Made by a program: the position numbers and the translations under genes. From the human T2T-CHM13v2.0 reference genome, Homo sapiens, in the NCBI RefSeq assembly GCF_009914755.1, contig NC_060930.1: 64,000 bases of DNA; one strand, written 5' to 3'. The notes under the pieces are model-generated. The model searched no databases, was not told the origin of the DNA, and saw nothing but the letters and a program-made list of their open reading frames with translations. This document shows, one piece after another, positions 58,671-64,000 of this stretch; position 1 is the first letter of the stretch; each line of letters begins with the position of its first letter.

Positions 58671-61156
58671 CCTCTGCCTTTGGAATCACTTTCTAAAGGC
58701 AAAACTGACCATGCCAATCCCATCCTTAAAATTAGTTCATTGCCTCCTAAATACAATTTTAATAAAATCCAAATTCTTTACAGTGACCTAAAATCCCTGC
58801 CTGAGCTTACTCACGATTACCACACGAGCCATGTATCTGCAACAGGGGACAATATCAACCTCCAGGGAGGTGAATATTGGTTCTGGAGGGGAAGAGAGGG
58901 GATAAAGTAAATCTTTCTTTTTCCAACGTATAAAGAACAGGTATAGATAGAGCATATATAATACCTATGAAATTAAAATCTTATGGAAGGGGAACAATTA
59001 GAAAAAGAGTTTAAAGAAAAATTGAGAGATCCGCCTAATCTAATCTCAGGTTCCTCTTCCCCTTACCTATAAGACCAGCGCTACACAATATAGTAGCCCC
59101 TACTGACATGTGGCTACTGAACACTTGAAACATACCTAGTACAAAAGGAAAAGCAAAGTTTTAATTTTGCTTAAATAAAATTTCAATAGCCATATGTGGC
59201 TAGTGGCTACCATAGCAGACAACACAGCTCTAGACACTCTGACAGACCTCGTTTTGGTTCAAGGATATCAAGCCCTTTGCACATGCTATCTGTATCTATC
59301 CATGCTAGAGTCAGGATACTTTTGCTACAAATAACAAAAATTCAGAGTGGATTAAACATAAGTCCAGATGAGAGAATCCAGGGTTGGCTAATTCAACAGC
59401 TTCAATGCCATTATCATGGATCCAGGTTCCTTCCATCTTCCTTCACTGCCATCCCTGGTGCATGAGCACTACCCTAAGATTGTTCCCCTAAGAGTCACAG
59501 TATGTCTGCCACAGCACCAGGCATCACATCTAAACCTAATGCTCAGTATGAGACTGTAGCTGTCTCTTTTTTGTTCCTTTTAAAAATGAGATAAAACATC
59601 ACCTCACATCTCGTTAGCCAGAATTTTATCATATGTCTCTTATCAATCACTGGCAAGAGGAATGGGATCACTACACATGGCTCAGATGCTACAAGAGCCA
59701 TTCCCTGGAGCTGAATATAGTGCTGGTCCCCAAAACATATGGCTAGAGGAGGATGATGGATACTTGATCAAGCCAGGGCCCTGTAGGAAAGTAGGGACTT
59801 GCACACCTTGTATTAAGGAGGTGAGTGTGAAAGTAGAACTTCACCCTCTGTTCTAGGTAGAACTAAGTTGAGCTAGTTGAGAATATCCCTGTGCCACTGG
59901 TTTTCAGAGTGTTGTTATCCATAAACTTTTTAGAGAACTGAAAATTGTCAGGTCCCACCCCAAACCTATTGAATCAAACTCAGGATGGTGCCCAAGAATC
60001 TGTGTTTCAGAAAGTCTTCTAGGAGATTCTGATACACCCTAGAGTTTGAAAACATTGCCTTATTCCAGTGGTTTTCAATTGGGTGGTGGTGGTGGGGATT
60101 TTGCCTGTAGGGGACATTTGACAATGTCTAGAGACATTTCGGTTGTCACAACTGGAGTGCAGGGTGCTACTGGCATCTAGCAGTAGAGGTCAGGACAACG
60201 TGCAAGACAGTCTCCCACAGCAAAGAAGTGTCCAGCCCCAAATGGCAATAGTGCCAAGGCTGAGAAACCATGGGGCAGAGGAAGCTCCTTTACAATGGCT
60301 GCAGCCCGCCTGGCTCTCCATGTAGGATTCGGTCTTTGAACCTGTTTAGCGCAAGGATTAGCATCTGTCAAGCACCTTCAGAGCAAAAGAGATGTCAGAC
60401 TGCCCTTGCCCACAGTCTAATCGACTTGTTTCTAAGCAATCAGTCTTCTAGCAGTCAACTCACATCAGTCCCAGGGGTCATTAAAGTATCCATCCATAGC
60501 AAAGCAATAAAACAGGACACAATGATCATCTTCGGGACAAAAAAAAAAAGACATTTTTTAAGGAGCACAGTCAATATACACATTGGCTGGCTTTTATGAG
60601 GGCCTAATTCCTCTATCTTAGAAAGTTGACATGCTGTTTGGATCAAGCAAATTTTTTTCCCTGCTTAGGAATCTTTCTGTTCAATTGAGTCTCTACTGCC
60701 ACATCTAGCTCTCTTATGGGGCCAGGAAATGGAGATCAAACATCCAGTTCTAACTAACATTCTCTAGACAAGACACAAGCAAGAAACCATGCATTGTCTG
60801 TGGATACAATTTCTCTCCATGAGAGTTTGAAGTTAGAGAAAGCAGCAAATCCTATCAGAGTAGCCAATGCCACAATCAGTTCAGCTCAAGCTCACCTCAT
60901 ATTAAACCTATTTCCAAGGGTTTTATGGCACAGCTTGTTCTACCATGATCATCACGTGAGCTCTTCTGGCCCTTACTTAATGTAACACTTCCAGGAACAC
61001 ATGTGCTGGTAAAGTTTATTTGCGTTAATATTCTCTCATGTCAATCACATGTAAGCCCTGGAAGTTGGTTTTTATATACAGAATCCAGTGCCTTCCTGGG
61101 AGAACTACTTTTTTCCCAAAACAAAAGACGACACAATTAGTATGATAATTGCGGAG

Positions 61157-61162
61157 TTTAAT
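61157..61162 (-). terminator. ATTAAA polyadenylation signal of C6orf52
   Basis: Plus-strand tttaat at 61157-61162, 12 nt past the TGA. Confidence 0.65.
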
Positions 61163-61174
61163 GAACACCTTGCT

Positions 61175-61369
<195 letters not shown>

Positions 61370-62086
61370 CTAGAAATAGTTTAAAATTAGAAAGCTTTTA
61401 GAAAGCATTTGCAGGAAGTACTGCAGATAGTAAAGGTTAAAATTCTTAAATTGCATATTTCCTTTCAATAAGACTTGAAAATAGAAATTTAAGCTATAAA
61501 AGTAGTAGTGTCATCAAACTCAATGAGCATCCAGCTGACAGAAGAGATGGAGGAAAAAAATGGACAGATTTCAGATGCTTGGGGGATGGATTCAATTTGG
61601 GAGGAAAGGGGAAAAGGAAGGTCAAGAATGACTGCCATGTTTCTGGCATGAGCCAGATAGATACAATGCCAAACAATGAACCAAGCCAAGGGCCCCTTGG
61701 ACAGGGGTTTGTAAAAATACACATGCTACTTTAACTGCTCAGTTAACAGATAAAGTGAATTAATTTTATACAGCAACTAATTCAGAAAGACAGGAGGACT
61801 TGGCCTTCCATCTCCGAACCCTGGAACCCTGTGACGAGATGGTATTATGTTATTGCGAACGTATTAAACGTGGATTTTCTGCCCAAGTTGTCAGGTTTCC
61901 AGAGCTTTCCAAGGCTTACAAGGTCATTAATTTTTTTAATCTATTTTTTTCCTCTCCTTGTACTGAATGTAATGGAAGAAGCCTTTTATGTTTTCCTTTG
62001 TAATTTTTGCAAGCCTTAGTTCCTTGAGGATCATAATTTGCTTCCTAATACTCATATGGGTTCATGCTATTCATCTGTATGCTTAT

Positions 62087-62620
62087 TAGGGACTAAATCT
62101 TTGCCCCACAAAATTCTTCTGTTAAAAGCCTAACCCCCACAATGTGAAGGCATTTGGAGATGGGGCCTCTGGGAGGTTAGATGAGGTCATAAGAGTTGGG
62201 TGCTGGTCTGACAGAAGTAGTGCCCTTATAAAAAGCGACAGCAGGCAGGACACAGCAACTCATACCTGTAACCCCAACACTTTGGGAAGCTGAGACCAGT
62301 GAATTGCTTAAATCTGGGAGTTTGAGATCAGCCTGGGCAACATACTGAGACGTCACTACAAAATATAAAAATAATTTTTTTTAAAAAAAGAGCAGAGAAC
62401 TTGCTCACATTCTCTCCTACAATGCATGCATAAAGAGGTCAAGTGTGGAAACAGCAAGAAGGCTGCTGTCTGCAAGCCAAGAAGAGAGCCCTCGCCAGAA
62501 ACCAAATTATCCAGACCCTGGATATTGGATTTCCAGCCTCCAGAATGGTAAGAAAATAAATCTTTGTTTAAACCACCCAGTCTGTGGTACTATGTTACAG
62601 TAGCCCTAGAAGACTAATGC
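62087..62620 (+). mobile_element. MLT1A/MST-type MaLR LTR with an inserted Alu monomer (62245-62390)
   Basis: ggcatttggagatggggcctctgggagg...aaaccacccagtctgtggtactatgttacagtagccc. Confidence 0.7.
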
Positions 62621-63393
62621 AGTACTCTTCTGTATTTATCATTTTAGAACCAAAATGGTCAAATAGGCTTTAGTCATCATATAAATTCCATGAGCTACTT
62701 CTCACTTTTCTTCATTGGAGTCATTCATGATTGTGTTGTCTGATTCTTATTCTTTAGAGCTTCCCATCCCTTTTGAGTTTCCTTTGAGCGTTTCTGGTCA
62801 TAAAAGTAGATGTTTCCCTTTTTTCCCACTAAACATTCTGAAATTTTCTTACACTTCTGTCCCCGGTTCCCTTCCTTTACCGTTATGGGCAGTTGTCTGC
62901 TAATGGGTCCCTGACTGCATGCCCCTGGTGGGGAAAGAGGAGTTAGGATCATATGCTTATGAGCATGCTCTCCACTTAACCTGTGGCCAAGAAAACAGAT
63001 ATAGTGTGGTCAGCTCCAAACCCCAGATTACATGATCTCTGCCCTTCCAGTGATGTTGATCAAAACTATAATAGAAGCCTATTCAAGACAAACTAATTAT
63101 ATCATCCCTAAACCTGTGAATCTTCTAGACCCATGTTGTCCAACACAGTAGCCACTAGCCACATGCAGCTATTGAGCATTGCTGGCCCTCACTGAGATGT
63201 GATGTAAGGATAAAATATACACCACATTGAAAGCAGAATGGTGGTTGCCAGGGGATGAGGGAAGGGAGAGTGAAGAGTTGTTATTTAATGGGTATGGAGT
63301 TTCAGGTTATAAAATGAAGAGTTCTGGAGATGAATGGTGATGGTTACACAACATTACGAATGTACTTAATACCACTGATACATTTAAAAGTCT

Positions 63394-63427
63394 ATTGCTT
63401 CCCGGCCTTTTGGCTAAGATCAAGTGT
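63394..63427 (+). pseudogene. 3'-truncated (tailless) U2 snRNA retropseudogene, U2 nt ~1-34
   Basis: attgcttcccggccttttggctaagatcaagtgt matches the U2 5' end ATCGCTTCTCGGCCTTTTGGCTAAGATCAAGTGT at 32/34. Flanked by the 17-bp direct repeat tgatacatttaaaagtc. Confidence 0.92.
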
Positions 63428-64000
63428 GATACATTTAAAAGTCAAGATGGTAAATTTTATGTTATGCATATTTCACCACAATAGGAACAATTTAAAACTC
63501 TGCTTGAAGGTAATGTCTGAATAGCCCTCAAAATAAGGGTCCCCTCAATCTGCAGGTGAGGGGGCAGCCATTAAAAGAAAAAAAATAGAAAAAATATATG
63601 CTGCATTTCAAAGACTTGATGTAAAAAAAGTCGTTAATTTTTATATTGATTGCATGTTGGAATAATATCTTGGATATTGCCTTAGTTTGGGCTGCTAACA
63701 ACATATCAGAAACTGACTAGTTCGTAAACAACACACAGTTATTTCTCACAGTTCTGGAAACCGGAAGTCCAAGATCAGGGTGTCAGCGTGGTTGGGTTCT
63801 GGTGAGGACCCTCTTCTGGGTTGCACACTGCCCAGAAGTCATGTCTTCACATGGCAGAGGGCAGAGAGAGGAATCAAATTCCCTCGTGACTTTTATAAGG
63901 TCACCATTTCCATTCATGAGGGCTCTACCCTCATGACCTCACCTAATCCTAATCATCTCCCTAAAGACCCATCTCCTAAAACTATCACATTGGGAGTGAG

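Overview
Human (primate) genomic DNA, recognisable as the 6p24 GCNT2 locus. It is repeat-rich (about 45 Alus, L1, LTR12, MER41, MaLR LTRs, an ERV-L remnant, DNA transposons) and has three coding components. (1) The two shared 3' exons of GCNT2, the I-branching beta-1,6-GlcNAc transferase (+ strand, 11045-11137 and 16115-16305, 3'UTR to about 19066). (2) A GCNT2 exon-1-like paralogous cassette (GCNT6/GCNT6P, ATG 23467). Its 310 codons are still open, but it lies downstream of the shared exons, its phase-1 donor reads TTGAGT instead of GTGAGT, and the catalytic SPDEH motif reads SPDKH. (3) The last coding exon of C6orf52 (- strand, 61175-61317), similar to the C-terminus of TRNAU1AP/SECp43. Non-coding structure of note: a two-piece inverted templated duplication at 43.8-44.7 kb, an old ~0.6 kb direct duplication (42 kb vs 62-63 kb), nested Alu>MER41>LTR12 elements, a GAS-positive/GAS-deleted MER41 pair, high divergence just downstream of both LTR12 promoters, and a tailless U2 retrocopy with a 17-bp TSD. 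Nearly all other ORFs in the track are Alu, L1 or LTR artefacts. Gene and repeat names come from recall, not from a search; repeat boundaries and subfamilies are approximate.
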